Part shown: positions 21,012 to 31,413 of the stretch, one piece after another
How the letters are laid out: each line of letters opens with the position of its first letter
Position numbering within the stretch: position 1 is the stretch's first letter
DNA from: a bacterium
GTDB taxonomy: Bacteria; RBG-13-61-14; DATKZS01
NCBI GenBank assembly: GCA_963674965.2
Contig: CAXXFL010000002.1
Coordinates: 32,001 to 96,000 of the forward strand
DNA length: 64,000 nt
Direction: 5' to 3'
Notes under the pieces: generated by a model
The model's database searches: none
The model's input: only the letters and a program-made list of their open reading frames with translations
What the model was told of the DNA's origin: nothing
Made by a program: the position numbers and the translations under genes

Positions 21012-23042
21012 ATGGACCAGTCGAACAAAAGATTATTGTTGATCGAGGATTCGAAGTTCAGTGTCAAGTTCATCAGGACTTTACTTAACGAATCGACCAA
21101 ATTCAAGTATTCGATCCGCGGCGTCGAGACTTTGGAGCAAAGCCTTGCGGCCCTGGAAACGGAAGTTTTCGACCTGATACTTTTGGACCTTGGTCTTCCC
21201 GATTCCAAGGGCCTGGAAACATTGAGAAAGGTCAAGTATCATTGCGGCGACGTCCCCATCATCGTGCAGAGCGCGGGCAAGGAGGATGGACTGGCCGAGA
21301 GTTGCATAAGGGAAGGGGCCCAGGACTTCATAGCCAAGGACGAACTCGATTTCGACCGCCTTATCAAAAGCATACTCTATTCCCTTGAGAGGACGCGCAT
21401 AGAACGCAACATGCGGGACTCGGAGCAGCGCTACAGAAACCTTTTCGAGTCGTCCCGCGACGCCATCATGATACTCGACGATCATGGCTTCATTGACTGT
21501 AACGAGGCCACATTGCGCATGTTCGGGTGCAAGGCGAAGGAATATTTCATTGGAAGGACCCCGGCCGATTTTTCCCCTCCCCTGCAGGAAAACGGCTCGG
21601 ATTCCATGGCGGAGGCGCAAATGAGGATATCGCGCGCCCTCGAGGAAGGAGAGCAGTTCTTCGAGTGGACCCATACGAAGCTAAGCGGCGACAACTTTCG
21701 CGCCGAGGTACTGCTAAGCGCGGTCACGCTTAAAGACAAGCTTGTCCTTCAAGCGACGGTAAGGGACATCAGTTCCCGCAAGGAAATGGAGGAAAGTCTT
21801 TTCCTGTTCAAGGACTTGGCGGACCATTCCAACGATTCCATCCTGATAGTCGATGATAATGGCGACCTTCAATACATGAACGCGGCGGCGGAGAAGTCAT
21901 TTGGCTACTCGAGAATGGAAGCGGGCAAGATGGATATTCTCGAGCGCGTATTCGGTTGCGACGTTCAGGCCGACTATCTCGAGAGGATCATGGACCATCC
22001 CCAGCAATCCTATCAAGGGGGCTGCGCTCCAGCCCTGGAAGTCAAGGCTATAAGGAAGAATGGCGAGAGCTTTCCCGCCGAGGTCCTGATGTACAACTTC
22101 GGCGTCAAGGGCAAAAGGTTCGTCGCCTGCATCGCTCGGGATATCAAGTACAGAAAGATCGCCGAGTTCGAGATGGCGCAGGACCAGAAACTGAAGTCGA
22201 TCGGGAGCCTCGCGGCGGGCATCGCCCACGAGATCAACACTCCGACCCAGTTCGTGTCCGACAACGTCAGGTTCCTGCGGGACTCCTTTTCCGACCTGGA
22301 CTCGCTTTTGAAGAAATACAGGGAACTCGCGGGCCTGGCGGGAGAGGGCAAGGACGGCCGGGACCTCGCCCTCTCGATAGCCTCGGCCGAGGAGAGCATC
22401 GACCTCGATTACCTGATGGAGGACATACCGAGCGCCATCGAGCAAAGCCTTACGGGCCTGGAAAGGATATCCTCCATCGTGCAGGCGATGAAGGACTTCG
22501 CCCATCCCGAGCTTAAGGAGCGAAGGTTCACCAGCGTCAACAAGCTCATCGAAAGCTCGGCCACGGTGGCCAAGAACGAATGGAAATACGTGTCCGACCT
22601 CGATCTTCGGCTCGACCCGGACATGCCCGACCTTTTTTGCCAGCCCGGCGAGTTGAGCCAGGTTTTTCTCAACATGATCATCAACGCCGCCGATTCCATC
22701 GCCGAGGCGGTGGGCGACGGCTCTCATGGCAAAGGCCTCATTTCGGTGTCCTCTTCTCACGACGACCTGGGCGTGACTATCGAGATACGCGACACCGGGG
22801 CCGGCATCCCTCGCGAGATTGTCTCCAGGATTTTCGACCCCTTTTTCACTACCAAGGAAGTCGGCAAGGGCACGGGCCAGGGCCTGTCCTTGGCCCGTAA
22901 GATAATCGTGGAGGGGCACAAGGGGGAAATTATCGTCGATTCCAGGCCCGGCGAGGGCACGCGCTTTGCCATCAAGCTTCCCTTGCTGGCGGAGGAATAT
23001 CCGGTGGAGGACGGTCTTGAAAAAGAAGCTCTTGTTCGTTGA
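21012..23042 (+). CDS. REC-PAS-PAS sensor histidine kinase
   Basis: LLLIEDS...LILLDLGLPD, GIAHEINTP and FDPFFTTKEVGKGTGQGL; ATG 21012 preferred over TTG 20982. Confidence 0.9.
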   Translation: MDQSNKRLLLIEDSKFSVKFIRTLLNESTKFKYSIRGVETLEQSLAALETEVFDLILLDLGLPDSKGLETLRKVKYHCGDVPIIVQSAGKEDGLAESCIREGAQDFIAKDELDFDRLIKSILYSLERTRIERNMRDSEQRYRNLFESSRDAIMILDDHGFIDCNEATLRMFGCKAKEYFIGRTPADFSPPLQENGSDSMAEAQMRISRALEEGEQFFEWTHTKLSGDNFRAEVLLSAVTLKDKLVLQATVRDISSRKEMEESLFLFKDLADHSNDSILIVDDNGDLQYMNAAAEKSFGYSRMEAGKMDILERVFGCDVQADYLERIMDHPQQSYQGGCAPALEVKAIRKNGESFPAEVLMYNFGVKGKRFVACIARDIKYRKIAEFEMAQDQKLKSIGSLAAGIAHEINTPTQFVSDNVRFLRDSFSDLDSLLKKYRELAGLAGEGKDGRDLALSIASAEESIDLDYLMEDIPSAIEQSLTGLERISSIVQAMKDFAHPELKERRFTSVNKLIESSATVAKNEWKYVSDLDLRLDPDMPDLFCQPGELSQVFLNMIINAADSIAEAVGDGSHGKGLISVSSSHDDLGVTIEIRDTGAGIPREIVSRIFDPFFTTKEVGKGTGQGLSLARKIIVEGHKGEIIVDSRPGEGTRFAIKLPLLAEEYPVEDGLEKEALVR

Positions 23043-24222
23043 CGACGAACCCATGATACTGGCAGGCATCAGGCGCCTTTTAAGGCCTATGCGCGACGAG
23101 TGGATCATGGAGTTCGCCGGCGGGGGGAAAGAGGCGCTCGAGAAAATGGAGAAGGACGACTTCGACGTTATCGTGTCGGACATGCGCATGCCGGGCATGG
23201 ATGGGGCCGAGCTTTTAAACGAGGTGAAAAAGGCCCATCCCGACACGGTCCGGATCGTACTGTCCGGCCATTCGGAATGGGACATGGTCTCGCGGGCGCT
23301 GGGGGCGATGCATCAATACCTGACCAAGCCCTGTGACGCGGACTCCCTTAAGTCCACCATCGGGAGGGCGCTCTATATCAGGGACATGATGGCCGACCAG
23401 GCCATGAAGAAGCTGCTCATGGACATGGAGGCCCTGCCCAGTCTTCCCTCCCTATACGTCGAACTTTTAAAAGAACTGAACGACGAGACGTCGTCCATGG
23501 ACAAGATAGGCGGCATTATCATGAAGGACATAGGGATGACCGCCAAAGTGCTCCAGCTTGTAAATTCATCCTTTTTTGGACTGCCCCGTAACGTATCCAA
23601 CATATCGCAGGCCATTGGCCTTTTAGGTCTTGACACCATCAGGGCCCTCGCGATCTCGCTCAAAATATTCTCCAGCTTCGCCCCGGAGAGAAGCGCCGGC
23701 ATTTCCCTTCCCAATTTGTGGGACCACGCGATGAACGTGGCCGTCTTCGCCAAAAAAATCGTGAGGCTCGAAACCGGGGACAATAAAATGGGGGACGACG
23801 CCTTTCTGGCGGGAATGCTTCACGACGCTGGCAAGTTGGTATTCGCGTCGAATTTTCCCGAGAAGTACTCCCGGGCGCTGGAGTCCGCTCAAGGCGCACA
23901 GTCGGTCGAGACGGAAATGGATGCCTTTGGCCTGAACCACGCGGACGTTGGCGCCTATCTTTTGGGCCTTTGGGGAATGCCGGACTCGATTATCGAGACC
24001 ATCGCTTTTCATCACTTTCCCTCTCAATCTCCGAACCTTGTTTTCGGCCCCCTTGCGGCCGTGCACGCCGCGGACCGGCTCGCCTACGAGATGGCCGGGG
24101 AAGGAGACCGGATGGAGCCGCCATTGGATTTGAAATACCTCGAGGGACTGGGACTGGCCGAAAGAGTTCCCCTTTGGAGCGATGCTTGCCGTGAAATCAT
24201 GGAAACGAGGAAACCCAAATGA
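23017..24222 (+). CDS. Response regulator with HDOD domain
   Basis: LLFVDDE receiver; LPSLP, VLQLVNSSFFG and AGMLHDAGKL; GGAGG precedes the TTG at 23017. Confidence 0.88.
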   Translation: MKKKLLFVDDEPMILAGIRRLLRPMRDEWIMEFAGGGKEALEKMEKDDFDVIVSDMRMPGMDGAELLNEVKKAHPDTVRIVLSGHSEWDMVSRALGAMHQYLTKPCDADSLKSTIGRALYIRDMMADQAMKKLLMDMEALPSLPSLYVELLKELNDETSSMDKIGGIIMKDIGMTAKVLQLVNSSFFGLPRNVSNISQAIGLLGLDTIRALAISLKIFSSFAPERSAGISLPNLWDHAMNVAVFAKKIVRLETGDNKMGDDAFLAGMLHDAGKLVFASNFPEKYSRALESAQGAQSVETEMDAFGLNHADVGAYLLGLWGMPDSIIETIAFHHFPSQSPNLVFGPLAAVHAADRLAYEMAGEGDRMEPPLDLKYLEGLGLAERVPLWSDACREIMETRKPK

Positions 24223-25394
24223 ACAACAAAATATTGTTCGTTGACGACGAGGAAAATATTCTTCTGGCCTTTAAAAGGACGTTAAGAAAGGAATACGAGG
24301 TCGAGACGGCCGCCGGGGGCAAGTCGGGGCTGATGAAGATAGACTCGAAAGGGCCGTACGCGGTCGTCGTCTCGGACCTGAGAATGCCCGCCATGGACGG
24401 CATCGCCTTTCTGTCCAGGGTAAAGGATATCAGCCCCGACTCGGTAAGGATCATGCTGACGGGAAACGCCGAAATGGAAACCGCCATCAGCGCCGTCAAC
24501 GAGGGGAATATTTTTCGCTTTCTCGTCAAGCCCTGCCCGCCCGAGACGCTGAAGGCGACGCTGAAGTCCGCCCTCCAACAATACAGGCTTATCACCGCGG
24601 AAAGGGAACTCCTCGAGCGGACCCTGAAGGGAAGCATCAAGGTGCTCATCGACGTGCTGTCCCTGGTCAACCCCGCGGCCTTCGGGCGGGCCAACCGCGT
24701 CAAGTCCTACGCCAAGGAAATCGCCGCCAGCCTCAACGCGCCGCGCCGATGGCGCTTCGAGGTCGCGGCCATGCTCTCGCAGATCGGGTGCGTCACTCTT
24801 CCCGGCGAGATGATGGAAAAAATCTACCACGGACTTGAGCTTGGCCCCGAGGAAAAAGAGATGTACGACGCCCATCCCCGCGTGGCCAAGGACCTGATCG
24901 CCAATATCCCCAGGCTGGGCGAGATAGCGGAGATCATCGAGTATCAGGAGAAAAACTACGATGGCACCGGGCTGCCCGCCTCGGCGGCGGCCGGCGATAA
25001 AATTCCCTTCGGGGCCAGGATACTGAAGGTTTCCCTCGATTTCGACCGGCTCGAGTCGAAGGGATTGTCAAAAGGCGAGGCCCTGGCCGAGATGAAGAAA
25101 AGTCCGGAACTATACGATCCGATCGTCTTGTCGGCCCTCGAGACCATTATCGGCGCCAACCTGGAGGAGGAGGCCCTGGTGGTCAAGTCCATGCCCGTCA
25201 GCGCGCTCCAGGCGGGCATGATCCTGGCCGAGGACGTTCATAACGAAAAAGGCATACTGCTTATATCAAGGGGACAGGATATCTCCGCGCCCCTTCGCGA
25301 CAAGCTGATAAACTTTCATAAGTCCGGCGTCATAGGAGACGAGGTCAAGGTAATGACCAAGTCCCACGGCGAAAAACAAAGGGCCGCTGGATAA
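24219..25394 (+). CDS. Response regulator with a degenerate HD/HD-GYP-like domain
   Basis: ILFVDDE receiver; AMLSQIG replaces HD, and YDGTGLP...IPFGARIL follows. Confidence 0.82.
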   Translation: MNNKILFVDDEENILLAFKRTLRKEYEVETAAGGKSGLMKIDSKGPYAVVVSDLRMPAMDGIAFLSRVKDISPDSVRIMLTGNAEMETAISAVNEGNIFRFLVKPCPPETLKATLKSALQQYRLITAERELLERTLKGSIKVLIDVLSLVNPAAFGRANRVKSYAKEIAASLNAPRRWRFEVAAMLSQIGCVTLPGEMMEKIYHGLELGPEEKEMYDAHPRVAKDLIANIPRLGEIAEIIEYQEKNYDGTGLPASAAAGDKIPFGARILKVSLDFDRLESKGLSKGEALAEMKKSPELYDPIVLSALETIIGANLEEEALVVKSMPVSALQAGMILAEDVHNEKGILLISRGQDISAPLRDKLINFHKSGVIGDEVKVMTKSHGEKQRAAG

Positions 25395-25514
25395 TTATTG
25401 CCAGTGGCGGCCTTTCTTCGCGAGTCCGGTGGCGGGCTTTTTAAACCGAGACTTTGGGAGGTAACTCTCTATATAAAAGCCTTGACTCACGCCATGGACT
25501 ACGCGATCAATCTT

Positions 25515-26899
25515 CTAGATGACACTAGAAGGGGACGGACCTGGAGGAGACGCGGTTTCTCCGGTCGATATATGCCCCGCTTTCCATTTACCATTTCCTT
25601 GATCTCCAGCGACTTGAAAGTGATCGAGACCTTTCCAGTCGAGCCGTCGTAGCCGATCCTTTCTATGAGCACGTTCAGGAGCCGGGCCTGCTCGCGGGAG
25701 TTGAGCGAGTCTCAGATGTTATCGAAGGTCGCCAGTTCATCGACCACCTCCTTTTCGTTCACGGCCCCGCGCCGCAGTTGAATGATCTCCTCCTTGATTT
25801 GGGTCATTCTGTGCTCGGCTGTCCTGATCTGGTCCTGGAGGTCCGCGAGGTAATCTGTCTCCAGGGTCCCGTCGTCCTTCCTGGCGATTGGCTCCTTGAC
25901 CACCTTTCGCAACTTCAGGTTCAAGCGCCTGAGCTCGCCGGTCAACTCGTCGCGCTCGGTATCGAGCACCTTCAGCTTGCTTTCGACGCGGTGCCTGGCG
26001 TGGCCGATTGTCGCGGCGATCAGTTCTTCATTCATGCCAATTCCCCGAATGTGTCTGACCACTTCCTGTTCGATGTCGTGACCGTTGAGGGATTTGGAGG
26101 GGCAGGAATTATAGCCGTTCTTCTGGGCGTTCATGCAGACGTAATATCGGTAGCGCTTTTCCTTCTTTATGACGTAGGAAGGAGACATGGCCGTTCCGCA
26201 AGGGACGCAGTAGAGCAGGCCTTTCAGCAGAGCGCCGTACTTGTTGCGAACCGCATAGGAATTACCGTGGCAGTTGCCGCTCATGATGTCCTGGACCTTT
26301 TGCCATATCTCCGGCTCGACTATGGCTTTGTGCTCGCCTTCGTAGATCTCATCCTTGTACTTGATCCTGCCGGTGTAGATGATGTCGGTCAGAAGCCGGT
26401 GCAGGTTGGTTTTGTTGAAATGCTTGCCGTCCCGTTTGTGTCCCTTCTTGGTCGTCCATTCCTTGGTTCTCCAGCCCAGGTGGTTCAACTCCTTTACGAC
26501 CGGCATCATGGTGGTGTGCTCCAGGTACAGCTCGTAGATGGCACGAACCCGTTCCGCCTCCTTCTTGTTGACATGGATGCGGCCGCCGCGAGGGTCGATG
26601 TCGTAGCCCAACACGGGCATGCCGCCTGTCCACTTGCCTTTCTGGCGGGCGGCTGACATCTTGTCGCGTGTACGTTCGGCAATGATCTCGCGTTCGAACT
26701 GGGCAAAGGAAAGGAGCATGTTCAGAGTGAGGCGGCCCATTGAGTCAGTGGTCGAGAACCGCTGGGTGACCGAGACGAAGCTCACGCCTTGACGCTCGAA
26801 ATTTTCCACGAGGCGGCTGAAGTCGAGGAGCGAGCGGGATAGCCGGTCCACCTTGTAGACCACCACCACGTCGATCTCCCCGGCCTCGATGTCGGTAAG
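25515..26899 (-). pseudogene. Large serine recombinase pseudogene (5' truncated, internal nonsense codon)
   Basis: DIEAGEIDVVVVYKVDRLSRS...SFAQFERE and a CVPCG ribbon. TGA at 25712-25714 falls at a Trp position (FDNI*DSL versus FDSVWDAL in the paralog), and the frame continues to 25515. Confidence 0.85.
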
Positions 26900-26916
26900 G
26901 GAGGCGGAGAAAAGGA

Positions 26917-27350
26917 ATGAAACAGCAGGAAGTGAAAAAGCGTATCAGCGAATCAGGCGGCCTCGAGGTGGAGTTCACCCTCTCTCCAAGCCAACGTCAT
27001 CGAGGCAAGAAGAAGACATCAAAACCGGCAGTAGCACCGGGCAGCATCCCCCGCGTCACCCGCCTCATGGCCCTGGCCATCAAGTTCGACGGCATGATCG
27101 CTCGCGGTGAAGTCCGCGACTATGCCGACATCGCCCGCCTCGGCTACGTCTCCCGCGCCCGCGTCACCCAGATCATGAACCTCACCAACCTCGCTCCCGA
27201 CATCCAGGAGGAAATCCTTTTCCTCCCCCGCACGTTCAAGGCCATGATCCGATCCGTGAGCAGAAACTACGGCCTATAGCAATGGAGCCGGATTGGGGGG
27301 AGCAGAGGAAACTTTGGAAACAGCTTCTTCATCAAAGACGTAGGTCATAA
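26917..27350 (+). pseudogene. Recombinase-associated HTH-like protein, frameshifted
   Basis: ADIARLGYVSRARVTQIMNL matches 6234-6653. The homologous tail GHDPIREQKLRPIAMEPDWGEQRKLW lies in another frame after ~27240. Confidence 0.7.
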
Positions 27351-27551
27351 AGATAGAATCCTTGTTCTTTCTTTCTCCCACTGTTCCTCTGTCCCCAGGA
27401 ATTCCAGGAAATGTTCCTTTGCGGAATCCGGATCGTCCTTTACCCACTGATTCCACATTTCTTCACCCATCTTGTCGCACTCCCCTCTGTGCCAACGTAG
27501 ATGAGACACTTCCCCTATGTTAAATTACTGTAGGGCGGGGGAGGTATTAGG

Positions 27552-28091
27552 ATGTATAGAGAGATGGATGAAGACAGGAAGAAGGCAGGGATTGTTGGGG
27601 AGACGGAGGGAGCCCGTAGGGCGACCGGAGTCTCCCCAACCGGGACGGCCGAGCCGGAGGACACTCCTGCCAAGCGGCCCGAGCGGGTGGGGGCGCCGAT
27701 CATTCTTCCCGAGCCGGAGGTCCCGGAAAAGCCCGCCCGGCGGCGCTTCACCGCGGCTTACAAGCTCGCAATCCTCGGGAAGGCCGACGCCTGCTCGGGG
27801 CATGGCGAGGTCGGCGCCCTGCTGCGCCGGGAGGGCCTTTATTCGTCGCACCTGACGGCCTGGCGCAAGCAGCGGGACGAGGGGGCCTTGAAAGCGCTTT
27901 CGCCCGTAAAGCGGGGCCGCAAGCCCAAGGCCAAAAACCCGCTGGCCGATGAAGTGGCCCGCCTCGAGCGCGAGAACGGGAAGCTCCAAAAGCGGCTCGA
28001 ACAGGCCGAGATGATAATCGACTTCCAAAAAAAAGTTGCCGATCTGCTGGGGATACCCCTGGCCAAGCCGCCCGGCGAAGAGAGCGAATGA
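27552..28091 (+). CDS. IS3-family transposase OrfA
   Basis: Protein identical to 3688-4227. Confidence 0.85.
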   Translation: MYREMDEDRKKAGIVGETEGARRATGVSPTGTAEPEDTPAKRPERVGAPIILPEPEVPEKPARRRFTAAYKLAILGKADACSGHGEVGALLRREGLYSSHLTAWRKQRDEGALKALSPVKRGRKPKAKNPLADEVARLERENGKLQKRLEQAEMIIDFQKKVADLLGIPLAKPPGEESE

Positions 28092-29104
28092 TGGAATCGG
28101 CAAGCACGGCCGCTCCCCGGGTCGGCGCCAAGGCCGCCTGCGAGGCCCTGGGCCTGTCGCGAGCAACGTTTAATCGTCGCGCTAAAATTCCCTTCGGGCC
28201 TCCGCCGCCGAGGCGCGCGGCCAAGCCGGCAAGGTCGTTGAGCGAGGACGAGCGGCGCCGGGTGCTGGACGAACTCCACTCCGAGCGCTTTGCCGACAAG
28301 GCCCCCCGCGAGGTCTGGGCAACGCTCCTGGACGAGGGGACATGGCTGTGCTCGGTCCGCACCATGTACCGCGTCCTCGACTCGGAAAAGGAAGTCCGGG
28401 AGCGGCGCAACCAACTCCGGCGTCCCCGATACAAAAAACCCGAGTTGCTGGCCGAGGCCCCCAACCAGGTCTGGTCCTGGGACGTCACCAAACTCAAGGG
28501 ACCGGCCAAATGGACCTGCTACCAACTCTACGTGATCATGGACATCTTCAGCCGCTGCGTGGTGGGATGGATGATCGCCGGACGCGAAAGCGCGGAGCTG
28601 GCCCGCCGCCTGATCGGGGACAGCATCCGAAAACAGGGGATCGAGCCGGGACAACTCACCATCCACGCCGACCGGGGGAGTTCGATGAAATCAAAGCCGG
28701 TGGCCTTCTTGATGGCCGACCTGGGCGTGACCAAGAGCCACTCGCGGCCCCACGTGTCCGACGACAACCCCTACTCGGAAAGCCAGTTCAAGACCATGAA
28801 GTACCGGCCCGAGTTCCCGAGCCGGTTCGGCTCCATCGAGGACGCCAGGGCCTTTTGCGTGAAGTTTTTCGATTGGTACAACCGCGAGCATCGGCACACC
28901 GGGATCGGCCTGATGACGCCCGAGATGGTCCATTACGGAATGGCGAGCGAGATCGTGGCCGCCAGGCAAAAAACGCTCGACCACGCCTATGAAAAAAAAC
29001 CGGAGCGCTTCGTGAAAAGACCGCCGACGGCGCCGGAGTTGCCCGGCAAAGCGTGGATCAACCCACCGGCGAAACCGGAGGAAATAAACAGTTTGCCACA
29101 CTAA
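28088..29104 (+). CDS. IS3-family DDE transposase OrfB
   Basis: Protein identical to 4224-5240. Confidence 0.92.
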   Translation: MMESASTAAPRVGAKAACEALGLSRATFNRRAKIPFGPPPPRRAAKPARSLSEDERRRVLDELHSERFADKAPREVWATLLDEGTWLCSVRTMYRVLDSEKEVRERRNQLRRPRYKKPELLAEAPNQVWSWDVTKLKGPAKWTCYQLYVIMDIFSRCVVGWMIAGRESAELARRLIGDSIRKQGIEPGQLTIHADRGSSMKSKPVAFLMADLGVTKSHSRPHVSDDNPYSESQFKTMKYRPEFPSRFGSIEDARAFCVKFFDWYNREHRHTGIGLMTPEMVHYGMASEIVAARQKTLDHAYEKKPERFVKRPPTAPELPGKAWINPPAKPEEINSLPH

Positions 29105-29323
29105 ATTCAGGAAAGGCGTGTCTCATTTTGCTTGACACATTCCGCTCTTCGCAATTTTGGTTTACGAAATTTTCTATCTGCTTCTTGCTGGGCCGTCTAC
29201 GATAAATCTTTTCTTTTGGCCTGTTACAAAGCCAACATGCACAGCGTAAAATCCAGGTCTTCTCGGACTCGGACTTTGAGTCTCCCTGAGTCAAAGTATG
29301 CTTTACAGGTCCGTCGAAAAACA

Positions 29324-30673
29324 TTATTGCACCCCCTTACGGCCCAATAAATACTTCGCTAGCCGCACGAAGTGGCGAATCATTGCCTCACGGTCCTGAA
29401 GGTTACCGTAGGGTATTTCTATAACCTCATAACCTTTGCTTCTTAGTTCAGCCCTGATTTGGAGGTCACGCAGTCGTGTCTCAGCATTGCCGTGTAAATG
29501 ACCGCTCATAACCGACTTGACCTTGGAGCGGAACTCCTGGAATCGCTCGGCTAGGATGCGCTCCTCGGGGGAGAAATCTAGGTGTCGGGGATCGAGACGA
29601 CGGTCACTGAAGCGCTTGGGGTCGGTCTCTGCGTTGATCTCGCTTTTGAGCCTGCGGATGACTACCTGCTCGACCCGCTTGCGCTCGTCGGAGGTGAATT
29701 CACTGGTTCGGGTGAAGCGCACGGGGTCGAGCATTTCCAAAAGGCCTGAGAAACAGCGGGTGTGGCCGTTGTGCGGCGTCGCGGAGAGAAACAGCTTGTG
29801 TTCGAACAACGGACTAATCTGCTGGAGCATCTTGGACAGGTCGCTGTCGTCACCAAACTGGGACGGGCAGAGGTTATGGCACTCGTCTACGATCAACATG
29901 TCCCAAGGCAGGTGCGGGGAACCTTCCTGCTGTCGGCTGGCGGACAGGAATTGGCCCAAGATGTCGTGCTGGCGCAGGTAATGGTAGCTAGCGATGATCC
30001 GGGGGAATGAGCGCCAGGGGTTGATATCGAGGCCCTGGCGCTTCTGAAGAGCGTGGGTACTAGGCCGGTCAACGATATCAAAGTGCAATGAGAACTTGTC
30101 CCTCATCTCCTGCCGCCACTGGGTTCGCAGGGATGCGGGTGTCAGGATGAGTATACGGCGGACACGGCGGCGGATGAGGAGTTCGGTAAGGACTAATCCA
30201 GCCTCGACGGTTTTACCAAGACCTACATCGTCGCCGATCAGGAGCGAGATGCGGGGCATTTCCAGGGCGTGGTATAGGGGCACGAGTTGGAAATCATCCA
30301 CCTGGATGGCCCCGAAGAACGGGGAAGCCATTTTGAAGCGCTGGTCAACTTTGCATGGTTCATCGGGAGCGACAAAGGGGGTGAAGGCGGACCAGCGAGT
30401 TGAGCGAATCAGGGTGTCGAAGTCGGCGGAGGCCATGGGACTGGAGGAGTCCACCTGCGGTAGCACGGACGGCTCCAGGCACCGGGAACGCATCTCGTGC
30501 TCCCAGATGACCTGCTCCTCACGGGGACCGTCTGGGTCGGTGTACTCCAGCTGCACCAGGTGGAAGCGTCCTTCCGGTCCCGAGTCGAACGGTTCGACCG
30601 ACGATATGATGGCCCTGCGGTTGCGCACCGTGGCCAGCATTCCCACTTGGGGATGTGATGACTCCGTCGACAT
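29324..30673 (-). pseudogene. Truncated SNF2-like helicase (DISARM DrmD-like) fused to an unrelated C-terminal fragment
   Basis: GDDVGLGKT, IVDECH, LSATPHNG and VIRRLK are present, but there is no HelicC domain. The tail MSGHLHGN...RD..IR..LRSKGYEVIEI resembles a DUF559/Vsr-like nuclease end. Confidence 0.75.
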
Positions 30674-30799
30674 ACAATCCTCCCGATTTAGATTGAGCTT
30701 TTATCAGGTAAATATATCATGTAGTGTAAAACGGAGAAAGCGTCCGGCAAATACTATAAAAATTTAATGTGAGCGGATAGGTTTTGTATTATAAGTCCA

Positions 30800-31193
30800 A
30801 TGCATGGACCTTATGGAGGGCAAGAATCAATCGCATTAGATCAGGGTTTGGTCGTTGTGGGTTGGGATGATGTTCCTGATATGGGGCCAACAAAGAACCG
30901 GAAGGATATACGTCCAAGTCAAATCGGGAGATTCACCCTCCGATGTAAATACTGTACGGGAGCTGCAGGGGGTCCTGAACAGATTCCAGGCAAACCAGGG
31001 ACTTTTGGTTTCTTGGGGAGGCTTTAAAGGAAACGTGGAAACGGAGTCAAGGCAGATATTTTTCCAGATTCGTCTATGGGATTCTGATGATTTAATGGAC
31101 GCGCTTTTTACTCACTATGAAAAACTTTCAGAAGACATCCAGGCCGAATTGCCTCTCAAACGTATTTGGACGCTTGTTCTGCCGGATGAATAA
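30800..31193 (+). pseudogene. Mrr-like restriction endonuclease remnant (internal deletion and frame change)
   Basis: An N-terminal piece (ALDQGLVVVGWDDVPDM) is joined out of frame to VQVKS...GLLVSWGGF...IRLWDSDDL...LPLKRIW. Confidence 0.72.
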
Positions 31194-31291
31194 GATGGAG
31201 TGAAAAAATATACGAGGACAACTTATTCTTTTCCATCGTCCTCCTTGACTTCGATCAGTGATTTCGACTAGACTTTTATCGCTCGAGCGGC

Positions 31292-31367
31292 TCAGAAATT
31301 ATTGTTCGCCGCGCTGACTAATGGGCATTGAGCCTTCAATTCAGTCAGGGTCCGCGGGCCAATCTGA
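31292..31367. repeat. Long imperfect inverted repeat/hairpin
   Basis: Nested pairs TCAGA/TCTGA, CCGCG/CGCGG, CTGACT/AGTCAG and ATTGA-GCCT-TCAAT. Confidence 0.55.
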
Positions 31368-31413
31368 ATTTCGAAAGTCTGACGGCGACTTTTAGAATTT
31401 ATGGAGATATCCC

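Larger units (their letters stand above)
27483..29144 (+). mobile_element. IS3-family insertion sequence, copy 3
   Basis: Same sequence as copies 1 and 2; target duplication CTC at 27480-27482 and 29145-29147. Confidence 0.93.
27345..29324 (-). pseudogene. Small Cys-rich protein (~104 aa) interrupted by IS copy 3
   Basis: Removing the IS and one CTC gives MFFDG...CACWLC...NQNCEECDKMGEEMW...RILSL*. The start overlaps the upstream stop (TAATG). Confidence 0.6.

Noticed and set aside
14816-25219. Long antisense and alternate-frame ORFs over the signalling genes (also over the IS copies and homology arms)
   Set aside because: Shadow ORFs of GC-rich coding sequence with no recognisable motifs.
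25450-25590. Minus-strand EKPRLLQVR...VKAFI resembling an integron-integrase N-terminus
   Set aside because: Very short, contains several stops and overlaps the recombinase tail; the similarity is too weak to support.
25712-25714. TGA at a conserved Trp position, suggesting UGA recoding
   Set aside because: Many neighbouring genes end in TGA (several with ATGA coupling) and this gene is also 5' truncated; a simple nonsense mutation explains it.
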